Notes under the pieces: model-generated
Seen by the model: the letters and a program-made list of their open reading frames with translations, nothing else
Told to the model about the DNA's origin: nothing
The model's database searches: none
In this document: piece by piece, positions 13,901 to 26,419 of the stretch
How the letters are laid out: each line of letters starts with the position of its first letter
Position numbering within the stretch: the first letter of the stretch is position 1
Program-made: the position numbers and the translations under genes
Assembly: GCF_026571515.1 (NCBI RefSeq)
Contig: NW_026860451.1
Coordinates: 1-64,000 of the forward strand
Direction of reading: 5' to 3'
Origin: Ruditapes philippinarum
Taxonomy: Eukaryota
Length of the DNA stretch: 64,000 nt

Positions 13901-14661
13901 CAAGCTTAAAGCTTATGTTTTTGTACTGTTAATCATAACCGACTATAAATAAAGTTTGTCTTACTGTCTTACTGTCTTACTGTAAATGACTTCTTTTCAT
14001 CATCATTATTGACTCGAGTTAGTCCTGTGTTAAACTTGTTATTGTGATTGATGTTTCAGAGTAAAATGTTTCTGCATTAGCTCACATAACTTTAAAGAAG
14101 TCTTGGAGAAGAGAATTTTGTGTACAGTCAGTAGTGATGGTTTAATAAAACTATACAAGATCATAGAAAATCAGGTTGGTATTCTCAGTTTACAGTTTAT
14201 CTTATTGGTTGACCACCACGATAGTTTTAAGAACATCACAATGTAGAAATTGCCTCTTGTGGTGGAGGGTTGAGACATAAAAATTACAGCCACCGTTTAA
14301 CACTGTGTGATCCTAAGAGGCCATTTAATGGGTTTGCTTGGAATTACTTTATGCACCTTTTAGCTCCAGCAGATGAGGTGGTTTTGACCCCCCTTCATGT
14401 TGCTTTAAGTTTGTAACACCTGAGGTTAGCCAAAATCATCTTTCCTGTTTGGGCGCCATATGACCATAACTGTGTTGGTGGGCTGTTAAACCAAACAAAC
14501 AAACAAAATGTTGTTTTCCCTATGGATAACATCAGCTAGTGATATTTAAGTTGTGTATTTTGCATGTCATCTACCAAAATTGGCAAATTGCCCTTACTAC
14601 CTATTTATTTTTATCTTTTTATGCCACCGCAGCATCTGCGATGCGGTGGCATATAGCGATT

Positions 14662-14701
<40 letters not shown>

Positions 14702-17700
14702 TTTGTTTGTTTGTGTGTGTGTGTGTTATATAGATTATATAGTGAACTTAAAAAATCTTCTTGTGAAAAACCACTAGTCCAATTTCAACCAAACTTGGCA
14801 GGATTGATCCTTGGGTGAAGGGCTTCCAAAGTTGTTCAAAGAATTTAATTCCATGCAGAAATCTGGTTGCCATGGCAACAAAAAGGAATTATAAGAATAA
14901 ATTTAAAAAATCTTCTTGTAAAGACCCAAAAGGCCTAGAGCTTAGATATTTTGCATAAGGCATTGTCTGGTAGACCTCTACCAAGATTGTTCAAATTATA
15001 GCCCGGGGGTCATTGATTTTCACTATATGTACATATAGTAAAAACTTAAAATACCTTTTTATAAAGACCCATAGGCCTAGAGCTTAGATATTTTGCATAA
15101 GGCATTGTCTGGTAGACCTCTACCAATATTGTTCAAATTATAGCCCTGGGGTCAAAATCAGCCCTGCCCCGGGGGTCATGGATTTTCACTATATGTACAT
15201 ACAGTAAAATTTAAAATACCTTCTTGTAAAGACCCAAAAGGCCTAGAGCTTAGATATTTTGCATAAGGCATTGTCTGATAGACCTCTACCCAGATTGTTC
15301 AAATTATAGCCCTGGGGTCAAAATCGGCCCGGCCCCGGGGGTCATTGATTTTCCTCATATTTACATAGTAAAAACTTATAGTAAAAACTTTTAAAAAAAA
15401 TTCTTCTAGCAATTGACAAATGCTAGAGGTTAGATACTTTGCATGAACATTGTGAAGTGAAACTCTAGCAAGAATGTTCAAATAATAGCCCTGGGGTCAA
15501 AATTGCCCCCGCCCCGGGGTCATTGATTTTCAATATATACATATAGTAAAAAATCAAAAAAATCTTATTGTCTGAAGGTACTAGGCTTAGAGCTTTAATA
15601 TTTGTTAAATGATATCATCTTTAGGTACTCTACCAAAGTTGTTCAAATTTTGCCTCTAGTGTCAAAATTAAAAGTGAACTTTGATATCAGCTGACCTTGA
15701 TTTTGACAAAGTGTATTACATGTTGTCCTTTGATGCAGTCAAAAGAAATTTTAGGCTGTGTGAAATATGACCTTCACCACCAAATTCACTAGACTCAAGT
15801 GCATTGATATATTCCTACTCTGATCTTTTATTGAGTTAACAATAGATTTAACCACTAATCTGATAATAAGAATTAGATATGCATTATGACAATCTTCAAT
15901 TGTATAGAAACAAAAAAAAATCTGTTCCTACACTACTATTTAGTGTTGTATTAATGCGGTGGCATAGCATTTTTCTCAAATGCAATCTTTTTTAATTTTG
16001 TGTAATAAAGTAACTGTATGTCACGAAGGTAACATATTTACTTATATAATGTATAGTTTGTTCTTAAACTATCTTTTTTGTTGTTCTATATATCCCTGTC
16101 AATTTGTTAAATTATGTGTTTGTATATATTTCCTATATCATAATTTTTCGTTCCGGGTAACAATGTCACAATGTACAAACTAATGAACCAACTACATGTA
16201 TACATTACATCTATCATTCTTGTGAAATATTTTATTCAAAATATCAAAATATACATGTAAATTTTAAGATCGCGCTTGGTATATTCATGTTTGATTTGTC
16301 AGATGTACCATTTGGCTCTGAAGAGATTGCGTATGCCTGTCGTCAGCTATCCATGTGCAAGCCATCTAAAAATATTTTCAGAGTCACTCATCCTGTTCTA
16401 AATCCAATTTGCAGGCAACTTTTTATGCCCCCGCCATGTAATGGCCGGGGCATATAGTGTTACCCTGTTCCGTCATTCCGTCCTTCCATCCTTCCGTCCT
16501 TCCGTCATTCTGTCATTCCGTCATCATCAGTTTCCGTTCATTATCTTAAGAACGGTTGGGCACATTCAACTCAAATTTGACATATGGATATGTCATGAGA
16601 AAATACAGGTCAATTTCGAATTAGGTCATGGTTCGATGATTTTTGGCAGAGTTATGCCCCTTTTACTTTGAAAATAATATGAAATTTCAGTTTCCGTTCA
16701 TTATCTCAAGAACGGTTGGACACATTCAAAGCTCAAAACTTGACATATGGATATGTTTATGAGAAAATACAGGTCAAGTTCGAATTTGGTTATGGTTCGA
16801 TGATTTTTGGCAGAGTTATGCCCCTTTTACTTTGAAAATAATATGAAATTTTCAGTTTCCGTTCATTATCTCCCCAACGGTACAACACAATCAACTCAAA
16901 CTTGACATATGGATATGTCATTGAGAAAATACAGGTCAAGTTCGAATTGGTCATGGTTCGATGATTTTTTGGCAGAGTTATGCCCCTTTCACTTTGAAAA
17001 TAATATTAAATTTTCAGTTTCCGTTCAATTATCTCCCTCAAGGTACAACACATTCAACTCAAACGTGACATATTGATGCGTCAAAGGAATGCGCAGGTCA
17101 AGTTCAAATTTGGTCGTGGTTGATGATTTTGCAGAGTTATGCCCTTTCACTTTGAAAGTAATATGAAATTTTTCAGTTTCCGTTTATTATCTCCCAACAG
17201 TACAACACATTCAACTCAAACTTGAACATAATGGATATGTTTTTGGAATGCCAGGTCAAGTTCAAATTTGGTCATGGTTCAATGATTTTTGGCAGAGTAA
17301 TGCCCCTTTCACTTTGAAAATAATATGAAATTTACAGTTTCTGTTCATTATCTACCTAACAGTGTTACATATTCAATTTTAATTTGACATATGGATATGT
17401 CAAAGGAATGGGCAGGTCAAGTTGGAATTTGGTCATGGTTTGATGGTTTTTTGGCAGAGTTATGTCCCTTTCACTTTGAAAATAATATAGATACATCTTA
17501 GGAATAAGCAGTTTAAGTTTGAATATGGTCGTGGTTCAATGATTTTAGACAAACTTATCTTTCCTGAATGTTGGAAAAATTTTGAACTTTCAGTTTCAGC
17601 ACTCATTCTTTTAGCCATTATTTTGGCTACAAATATGCAATATGCTTTTTCTAAAGGTTAAGACTGAATAATTTCAGTGCCTTGAACGTTGTATGGAAAT

Positions 17701-20700
17701 GGTTTGTGTTAACATTGAAAAGTTTTAAGGGCTTTGAACTTAAAATGAAAAAAAAAATTAATGCACCATCTGAAATTTTGGCTGCATGCGGGGGCATCCG
17801 TGGCATGATGACACATTTCTAGTTTCTACTTGTCCTGCATCGAGTTCTCTTAAATTCTGCTCGTAGTTACAAGCTTACAAGTGGAATTTTCTATCTTTGA
17901 TGGTGCGGACTTTAAAGAGTTTACCCAAAGCTGTTGGTACCGGAAGTGATAAGTCTTTGCATTCAGTAGAGCCAGACCATGCCGTCTGCCTAGGGTTACC
18001 TGTATATACTATTGGTTGTCTAACTTTAAATTTTCAATTTGATATCCCATAAATTGACAATGGACAGTTCTAAAACATGGAATTGGTATAGTACATTAAA
18101 GAAATTCAGCAGGTTAAGGAAATATTTTTTCATCATAGTTTCCTTTAATAAGGGTACTAGGTCCTTTTAACAACTATACCTTGAAAACTTTCTTTCAGAA
18201 GAAAATTTCTACAGAGTTGTTGATTGAACATAGATCAGGATTTAGAGTTACATGTCTCGCTGTATTGGGAAAAGATGATGATAACAGTTCTCCACATGAA
18301 GGAGTTAAACTAGAGAAAACTGTAACAAAACACAATGACAACGATGATGGTGGTGGCAGTGATGATGATGATGAAAGTGATGATGATGATTCTAACAGTG
18401 ACACCCCAGATGTCACTGATGCAAATAAACTTTCTAGAGCAAAAAGTGAAAAAACTGAAGTGAAAGTAAATAACAACAAAACTGATGTGAAGCCAAAAAA
18501 CAGAAAAAGGAAATTTATTGAGTCTAGTAAAGATCAGCAGATAGTTCACCCAAGTCCTGTAAATAAACAACAGAAAGTTGGCAAACAACAAAAAAATAAA
18601 AAGCAACATGAAGTGGTAACGAAAGGTATGTGATATGTATATTCTAACCATTTTTAAAGTTGCTTTGCTCAACAACAAAAGAAATAATATTTTGGTGTAT
18701 AAACTGTCTGCAATATGTATTGAAAGAATGAAGAGATTAATATCTTGTATATTTATTTTGTACAGATTCTTTTTGTACTAATACCAGAATGTTCTTCAAC
18801 CAATTGAGTTAAATTACACAGTTTAACCTGGTTGAAAATTTCTTTTAGCTTAATTTGCGTGATTGTCTGATTTCATATATAAACAGCATATAGCAGTGTG
18901 CCCTGAACTTATTTTCAGTTTGGTATATTATCAAAGAGAACTAATTGAGTGTTGATTTTCTCTTGTTTTGAATAAAAATTAAAAAAAAATGATTTTTAGC
19001 TCAACTATTTAAAGAATAAGAAGAGCTTTTGTACTCACTCTGGTATCATTGACTCAAGATACTTGATAGGTGAACACTGGCTAAGGCCCATAACTTTAAC
19101 ATAGATTTTGATGAATTACAGCTTTTTTGAAATTCTACATTATCTCAGACTTCTGTTTTGCTATCAGTTTTGCATTTTGAACAGATGTCAAGGCCATTAC
19201 TGTTTATTTTATACAGAATTTTATTTTAGTTTTTGTTGGAAGTTATAAGCTTACTGAAACACTATTCAGTCTGTTCCTGGAACCAACCTATAATAAGCAA
19301 CAAATGTCGAGGATACAATGGCTTGCCCTTAACAGGGTTTGAAACCATACAGCCAGTAGACTACTTATACTTTAATCACTCGGCCGTGCCACCATGTAAA
19401 TGTAAACTATTTGAATTTTTTCCTTCACATAAGAAATATAATAATATAATGTAATATTTTGCACCAATTCAATGTAAGCAAGTTATTTGGTAGTATAATT
19501 ATATATCATTGCCTGAATGGTAAGTTTGTGAATTTGATATGTTTTTTAGCTCACCTGTCACAAAGTGACAGGGTGAGCTTTTGTGATCGCTTTTCGTCCG
19601 GCGTCCGTCCGTAAACTTTTACTTTAAATGACATCTCCTCATAAACCACTAAGCCAATTTCATCCAAACTTCACAGGAATGTTCCTTTGGTGGTCACCTT
19701 TAAAAATTGTTCAAAGAATTAAATTCCATGCAGAACTCTGGTTGCCATGGCAACCGAAAGAAAAAACTTTAAATATCTTCTTTTAAAAAACCCCAAGAGC
19801 TAGAGCTTAGATATTTGGCATGAAACATCTTCTAATGAGTGTCTACAAAGTTTGTTCAAATAAAAGCCCTAGGGGGTCTTTGATTTTCCCTATATGCATA
19901 TAGTAAAAACTTAAAATATCTTCTTTTAAAGAACCCAAAGAGCTAGAGCTAAGATATTTAGCATGAAATATCTTCTTATGAGTGTCTACCAAGTTTGTTC
20001 AAATAAAAGCCCTGGGGTCAAAATTGTCCCTGCCCCAGGAGGTCATTGATTTTCCCTATATGCATATAGTAAAAACTTAAAAATCTTCTTTGAAAAAACC
20101 CAAATAGCTAGAGTTTAGATATTAGGCATGAAACATTTTCTAGTGAGTGTCTACCAAGTTTGTTCAAATAAAAGCCCTTGGGTCAAAATTGGCCCCGCCC
20201 CGGGGGTCATTGATTTTCCATATATGCATATAGTAAAAACTTAAAAAATCTTCTTTTAAAGAACTCAAAGAGCTAGAGCTAAGATATTTAGCATGAAACA
20301 TGTTCTAATGGGTGTCTACCAAGTTTGTCAAATAAAAGCCCTTGAGTCAAAATTGGCCCCGCCCCGGGGGTCATTGATTTTCCTTATATGTATATAGCAA
20401 AAACTTAAAAAATCTTCTTTGAAAAAACCAAAATAGCTAGAGTTTAGATATTAAGCATGAAACATCTTCTAGCGAGTGTCTACAAAGTTTGTTCAAATAA
20501 AAGCCCTGGAGTCAAAATTGGCCCCGCACCGGGTATTATTGATTTTCCTTATATTTGTATAGTAAAAACTTAAAAATCTTCTTTGAAAAAACCCAAATAG
20601 CTAGAGTTTAGATATTAAGCATGAAACATCTTCTAGTAATTGTCTACAAAGTTTGTTCAAATAAAAGCCCTGGGGTCAAAATTGGCCCCGCCCCAGGGGT

Positions 20701-21192
20701 GTCATTGGTTTTAACTATATGTGTATAGTAAAAACTTAAAAAATCTTCTTTTAAAAAAACCCAATGAGCTAGAGCTTAGATGTTTAGCATGAAACATCTT
20801 CTTATGGGTGTCTACCAAGTTTGTTCAAATAAAAGCAGTAGATCTTTGTTTTTCATTATATGTGTGTAGAAAAAACTTAACATCGTGAAACATCTTCTAA
20901 TGGTTGTCTTCCAAGTTTGTTTAAATAAAAGCCCTGGGGTTTAAACTGGCCCCGCTCCGGGTGCCTTTATACAGGTGAGCGACCTCAGGGCCATCATGGC
21001 CCTCTTGTTATTCTCTTGCCATGTTACTAAAGGACTATGATTGTGTTTTAAATCATGACAAATGTTTAACACAATTTCATGTATATACATCTATTTTCAG
21101 ATGATACAGTGTCATTTATTACCGCTGCTGACAGTAGAAAGAAAAAGTTCAAGAAAAAGAAGAAACCTAAGAAATTTGTCAAAACGATATGA
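1982..21192 (+). CDS. PAK1IP1: PAK1-interacting protein 1 (Mak11-like WD40 60S biogenesis factor); 5'-partial, 9 exons in window
   Basis: Exons 1982-2147, 2699-2816, 3214-3341, 4335-4417, 5377-5439, 5954-6051, 14060-14174, 18199-18625, 21101-21192 (TGA), all GT-AG with matching phases. Protein has FTDHSHAGCVKCVA, LASGSSDETIRL, WECLRTFKGH, VSVHPSGKLALTVGRD, WNLITGRSAYITNLK, VKWSPDGEKY, FRVTCL, then acidic and Lys-rich tail. First coding exon not found in the window. Confidence 0.93.
3815..3935. repeat. Degenerate ~40-bp tandem repeat, about 3 copies
   Basis: Recurring CAGTACTGG(T/A)CAAT..AGC(T/A)CCAGCAT units. Confidence 0.5.
4449..4675. mobile_element. Palindromic MITE, Sola2-like
   Basis: GAGCC...GGCTC termini, near whole-element inverted repeat (GCATGGATCCAGACCAGCCTG / CAGGCTGGTCTGGATCCATGC), 4-bp TSD AAAT on both sides; GRG termini with 4-bp TSD are characteristic of Sola2. 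Confidence 0.8.
4735..4990 (+). mobile_element. tRNA-derived SINE (degenerate)
   Basis: Degenerate tRNA-like head, body ending CTGGAAAGTCTCCATATGACCTATAC...GTTAAACCC; related 3' ends at ~14455-14505, ~33090-33140 (-) and ~47245. Confidence 0.55.
7419..10733 (+). CDS. LINE ORF1: coiled coil, SGNH/GDSL esterase, Q/H/P/N-rich repeat tail (several 1-nt frameshifts in the 5' half)
   Basis: ORF pieces 7477-7701, 7679-8638, 8805-10733; SGNH blocks VLILGDS, HPGA, HAGINNI, DAVHL; (QQVNPHP/HQQQVNP)n tail. Start at 7419 is inferred by removing one A from a run. Confidence 0.8.
9713..13638 (+). CDS. LINE ORF2: S/T/P-rich leader, APE endonuclease, reverse transcriptase (frameshifted in this assembly)
   Basis: ORF pieces 9713-11347, 11241-11531, 11473-12195, 12167-12994, 12969-13376, 13363-13638. 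Motifs HLNINSL, ILSETKL, GGGILVY, LLGDLNFD, IDVIL, SDCH, NYRPVSILP, DLSKAFD, GVPQGSILGPLLF, YADD, KLLGI; C-terminal CACSMC. Confidence 0.92.
9940..10500 (+). repeat. 21-nt coding tandem repeat with 42-nt higher-order unit
   Basis: Alternating CAACAGGTCAATCCCCATCCC / CAACAGGTAACTCCCCATCAG units. Confidence 0.9.
14616..15990 (+). mobile_element. Non-autonomous Helentron/HINE-like element with (GT)n and ~145-165-bp internal tandem repeats
   Basis: 5' TATGCCACCGCA...TGCGGTGGCATA hairpin, GT microsatellite, about 5 repeats containing CCTAGAGCTTAGATATTTTGC, 3' subterminal TGCGGTGGCATA plus short hairpin, T-rich flanks. Confidence 0.75.
16420..17825 (+). mobile_element. Non-autonomous Helentron/HINE-like element with ~160-bp tandem repeats (6 or more)
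   Basis: TTTTTATGCCCCCG...CGGGGCATA start, (TCCG)-type microsatellite, units starting CAGTTTCCGTTCATTATC at ~16528, 16688, 16853, 17015, 17174, 17335; end CGGGGGCAT...CTAGTTT. Confidence 0.8.
19225..19392 (-). mobile_element. tRNA-derived SINE (degenerate)
   Basis: Minus-strand GGCCGAGTGATTAAAG head, B-box-like GTTTCAAACCC, core GGTTCCAGGAACAGA. Confidence 0.5.
19543..21009 (+). mobile_element. Non-autonomous Helentron/HINE-like element with ~165-bp tandem repeats
   Basis: TTTTTAGCTCACCTG...GGTGAGC 5' hairpin, (GTCC)n, about 7 units with AGCTAGAG(C/T)TTAGATATT and AAAAGCCCTGGGGTCAAAATTGG, 3' CAGGTGAGCGAC...AGGGCCATCATGGCCCT hairpin. A 5' fragment recurs at ~21450-21560. Confidence 0.8.
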
Positions 21193-22949
21193 TTTGTTAA
21201 AATATAATGCAAAATACATTTGAAACAAACTATTGAGCTGTTTGCTTATAATTGTTGAAATGATGGCAATTAGATAAGTTTTGTCCTAGGCAATTAGATA
21301 AGTTTTGTCCTACTTAATTGATATTTTAAGTTTTTAAAATGTTTATCTTACTTTTATTCACTGTAATGTACAAAGTTAAAACTTTCAAGACCATATCAAA
21401 ATGATAAAAAAAACACCATATTAAAACCACCACTGGTGTATTTTGACACAACACAAAGTGACAGGGTGAGCTTTTGTGATTGCTTTTCGTCCGGCGTCCG
21501 GCCGTCCGTAAACTTTTACTTTATATGACATCTCATAAACCACTAAGCCAATTTCATCTTACAATTTAGAATATTGTTGCAATTTAAAACCCTTTTCAAA
21601 TGATCTTAGTTTGTCTGAAGAGAGAAATCTTGGATAGTTTGAAAACCTGATTTTAGTTTTCAGATATCAGTTGGACATTAGAATAAGAAAACATAGTTTC
21701 ATTAGTTATGTTATATAATGTTGTATAAAACCATGTTGGCAGTTCCTATACAATCAAAAGGGTTCCACTGTACAGTAACTAGCAATTGAATTTGTTATTT
21801 TGTTGATATTTGGCTCTGGATATATAAATGGATACAAAATTTTCCATCAATGACATTTGTTACATTTGGTAATTCTAGGTTACTGTCATCAGAAGAACTC
21901 AAAAAAAAGTGTCTACAATAAAAAAAAATATTCTCAAATGGAAAATAAGACCCTAATGATTATAGTCTATTAACATGAAGATATTGCACCATTTTGCACA
22001 AAGATGTATGCGCAAAAAATATCAATGGTATTTTTTATCAAAACTTTATTTCTCAGTATTATATAATCTGCATAAAATCATTTAAAAATTTCAATGTTTC
22101 ACTTTTTCATTGATTGCGTGAAACAGAACAACTGCATATTCCTACTATAAATAGATGCACACATACAATGTACATGTACCTTTCCATGTACCCGTACTTA
22201 AAATCTTTGGCAAAGTTCCCGACGGTGACAATACGCTAAATCTTGTATCAAGCTGACACATCACAAATTCCTGTTTTAGGATTTTTGTTTATTAAAATTG
22301 TAAGATGCACGTCCAAAGAAACACTTCGCTAAAATGTACATGTGTACACCTTTTTTCAACTATGATGAAAATGTCATTATGACATCATGACACTAAGGAA
22401 CTATTTCTCCCCGCCCAATATTCCACTTAAGTCACTAATTGCGAACGCACACTTCAACACCATAAGGTGACTGAAATAGAAAACAAGAACATTTGTAACA
22501 CTAAAAATGCTCTGGGATGTTGCTTTGAAATACATGTAGATAAAAAAAAATGCAAAATCTACTTTTTAAACCCAGCGAACTTTAACCTTTCGGATGATTT
22601 TTTTTTTTTAAGAAATCTAAAACTTTGGAAAATCTTGTTTCAACCACACAGACGTTGACGCCGTTGACCCTCGTCTAAGATTGTAGATGTTCTCCACTAA
22701 ATTATTGGAAGGGTGTAAAGAATTTTATGTATAACACATATTTTATGCAACAAGAAATTAACGTACACAGAACACTGCTTTATTTAGGTGAAAAATTGCT
22801 ATTTATTTTTCACTGAAAAATAATTTGCCATTTGCTGAAAGTAAAATGTTATCTGCTTATAGCTGGCATAGAATGGAAGCATGCTTGTTCTTTTTGTCAG
22901 TTTCTTTTTCAAATTTTTCAACACTTGCAAAATAATTATGAGATATTAC

Positions 22950-25868
22950 CTGAGAATTCCTATAAAACCAGCTGGCATAAACTGTCTAGTTTTTATAAAC
23001 CTGAATCCCATAACACACATTAATGTTGCACTTGTTCCTGAAATAAATGTTGAAATCTTATTAAACTGGAGCTGTTTTAGCATTGCATTCACAGAATAAT
23101 TTTCATTATTATTACTGCACTATACACACAGTACAAATCAGGGACTTGGTATGAAATGATTGTAACAAACAGACAGTTTTCAGTTTTGGCATGAAACAAA
23201 AATAGAAATAAACAATAAACTTTATAGGCCTTAAGTTTATTCTTAATCTTTTCCATAATCAGCAAATGATAATGATTGAAGAATTAAAATTGCAATATTA
23301 AGCAATATATTTCTACAAGAGCTTTAATTCTGTGAAATAAGATTCTGAGATCTATTGCCACGATTGTCATAATTACTTTATTGCGAAAGTAGGGTCAAAA
23401 TCAATGTCATGGTCATGCATTAAACAGGGAATATCAAAGTAAATCCTTTAGTTGGGACTGCCAAACACAAAATCCAACACAAAATCAGCTAACATTTAAA
23501 CTGGGACAGACCGACAAGAAAACATGTGATACAAATTGCCAGTCTGAATTATTTGCTGTTCTATAGAAACCAGACACTTTGAGTGAGCCAGGAAAATACA
23601 ATGTCTTTTTTTTTTTAAGCCGCACTATCACTGCATGGCAACTTTCCTGTTTTCCTGGTGGAAGAAATCTTCTAGTCCCTTCGACCTGTATGCAGCATTT
23701 CAGATACAAGTAGAACCACTGATTTGCCTTAAGAAACTTTCAAAGGTGGACATCTACAAAGGAAACTGGCTGGAAGTACATACTATCTCAGAGTGTATTT
23801 TTTTTTAAAGTTTTTCTCTATACATCATAATTATTCAGGTTAAGCATATGACCTTTGGTGCAAGGCCCTAGGGGTATAATTTGAACGATGTTGGTAGAGA
23901 ACAAATTACTAAACAGTGCTATTTGTTAAATAACAAGCATTATTATTTATTCAAATAACCCTAATTTTAATCAATATCTTATATAAGTACATATGTGTTG
24001 TGCCTATATTGCTAAAATTGTCTCCGTTGTGCCATGAAATGCCCATTTTGCCAGGCATATATGATATAACCCTTCAATGCAATTAAACATACACAATTTA
24101 TGAAACATTTTTAAACTAACTTACTCACTAGTGCTAAACAGGGCCCGTAAAATCTGATTTTGAATTATATACTTGCCCGTTTTTATGAGAAGCATTTTTT
24201 AACTTGTCCGTATGATATTTACATAGTTCTTGAAAACTTTCACTTGTCCGTACAGGCTGTGGGACAACCTGGGCAATACGGAAAGTTGATTTTGCCGGCC
24301 CTGGCTAAACAATCATTTTAGATGCTCAAATGTAACCTAATGACTTCAATTAAAGCGCTGTGCTGTTTTTTGTTGTTTTTTTATTAAAGAATATCTCCGT
24401 TGAGCCAAAAAATCTCCATTGCGTATTTTAGTGGTATCCAATATCGAGGCCTTCCAAGAATTTTTGGACAAGATTTTTTTATTACACATATAATAAGACC
24501 AAGCTGCAGCCCAGAATTCTTAAAGTTTGACATAAATTAATAGTAAGAGCTGACCAATATGCCATGTGATTTTTAAGAACAAACTTAACAAGATCTTGTA
24601 TGGCATGGCCATGGTATAGTTGTACATGTATATGGAATGTAATTCTTTGAATAACTTTGGTAGACCTACAGCTTCATGCAATGAATTTATATCCCTGCCT
24701 GGTTTCCCCAGTGGTATCAGAGATGAAGAAATTTATGGACACATGATGTATCTCGACTTTAAATAAGAACAAGAACTGTCGGAGGCCAGTAAAACTCGAC
24801 TATTCGAAAAGTTGTCACAAGGGTGTTTCATTGAGTATAATAATGCTTACCTATATAAATACATAAAATTGTCTGAAAAGGTACAAAGGCTTGTTATTAA
24901 GATGTTTTATCGAGTAAATCACTGCTTTATTATGAATGCATAAAATTGTCCCAAAAAAAGGCACAAACCCTTCTGTATTTATGGAGATACCAGCTAAAAG
25001 CAAAACCTTAACCAAGAATTTCTAAGCCGAAAAAGGGGCATAATTATGAAAAAAACAAATCAAGAGTTATGGGACTTGTGCAAATCATGTAAGATAATCA
25101 CAGAGAACAAATGTGTGAAGTTTCAATCCATTCCCTTCAATAGTTATGGAGATACCACTGCTTACACGCAAAAACTTAACCAAGAATTTCTAAGTTGAAG
25201 AAGGGGCATAATTGTGCAAAAAAGCAAATCAGAGTTATGGGACTTGTGCCAATCATGTAAGATAATCACAGAGAACAAGTGTGTGAAGTTTCAATCCTAT
25301 CCCTTCAGTTGTTTTGAAAATACCAGCTAACACGCAAAAACTGAACCACAGGGACGCGGACGCTGATAAATGGGTGACTGCATTAGCCCGATTATTCTGC
25401 GAATAGTCCAGCTAAAAAAAACATTGAAGTATATGTGAGGATCAGAAATAAATCCTAATGTCTAACACAGGCACTTTGTATTATTTAAGCTTATAAAGGC
25501 ATAGAACTACATAATTAACAAAGGTATTGTCTACTACCTAAAGATAATCTTATATCTTTGCGGTTCTGTGATGTCTGGTATGCTCCCACTGCTGCCAATG
25601 AGCCAAAAGTCAGTCCAGCTGCTAAGGAAGGCAAGCTAGCTAAAAATATTTCAATAAAAAAGTTTAAATAGTGGTATTTTAAATGAACTTTACAAATGTC
25701 CGAAATTCTGTTGTCCGAAAAACATACTGCTTAACAACAATTACGTGCGCCGGAAAAATCTATGGAATGGCAATCAAGTATTTCAAGCTTACCTGATTTT
25801 ACATAGCCCATTACCCCACCTCCAGCAACTATGGCGGCATAAGAATATCCTATTATATCTGCAGGCAT
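22950..25868 (-). CDS. TMEM14C: TMEM14C-like protein, tandem paralogue (canonical last exon not found)
   Basis: Exons 25868-25793, 25639-25538, 23037-22950 with the same sizes (76, 102, 88 nt) as the upstream copy: MPADIIGYSYAAIVAGGGVMGYVKSASLPSLAAGLTFGSLAAVGAYQTSQNRKDIRLSLGTSATLMCVMGFRFIKTRQFMPAGFIGILS. Confidence 0.85.
24139..24303. mobile_element. hAT-like MITE in TMEM14 paralogue intron
   Basis: CAGGGCC...GGCCCTG termini; GCTAAA(CA) repeated at both flanks. Confidence 0.6.
24768..25420 (-). mobile_element. Helentron/HINE-like element with two to three ~170-bp repeats
   Basis: Duplicated AAGGGGCATAATT...GAGTTATGGGACTTGTG...GTGTGAAGTTTCAATCC units; terminal ATTATTC...GAATAGTCCAGCTAAAAA hairpin. 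Confidence 0.6.
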
Positions 25869-26419
25869 GACATATAAATCGTTGTTTTCGCAATGTCGTG
25901 CCTTGTAATAAAATTAATGCGTGATAATTGCCATAGGTATCAACCTACTAAATATACTCGAGTAGAATATTGACCCTCGATAGTTTTATTGAGGAAAGGT
26001 TATTTGAAAAGAGTAAACAGTACAGCTTCCATTTATTATAGGGTTACAAACTAAGGCTACAAAATATTTAGGTGTAACAATTAGTAAAAATCTATCTTGG
26101 ACCAATCATATAAATTATATGTATAACTTAACAGCAAAAGCAAATAACTCACTCAGATTTATAAAAAGAAATGTCAAAATTTCCAACGAAACGTCAAAGA
26201 AACTGCCTACAAAACTAACGTAAGGCCCCAGTTAGAACACTGTTCCGCGGTTTGGCATCCTTAGCAAAAATATCTGGTTAACAAAATAGATCAAGTTCAA
26301 AGGTCAGCTTCCAGATAATATATACCACGGAATTATATTGTAATATAAATCCGGATTTATATTGTAATATAAATCCGTGATAATACTTAATACTATATTA
26401 TGACGTTATTTTTAGATTA

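Larger units (their letters stand above)
7035..13983 (+). mobile_element. Near full-length CR1-group non-LTR retrotransposon, sense orientation in a PAK1IP1 intron; 5' end approximate
   Basis: ORF1 with coiled coil and SGNH esterase; ORF2 with APE endonuclease and RT (YADD); 3' UTR with AATAAA at 13948 and (CTTACTGT)3 tail at 13960-13983. No TSD identified. Confidence 0.93.

Noticed and set aside
14539-14777. Cys/Val-rich ORFs
   Set aside because: Translation of a (GT)n microsatellite.
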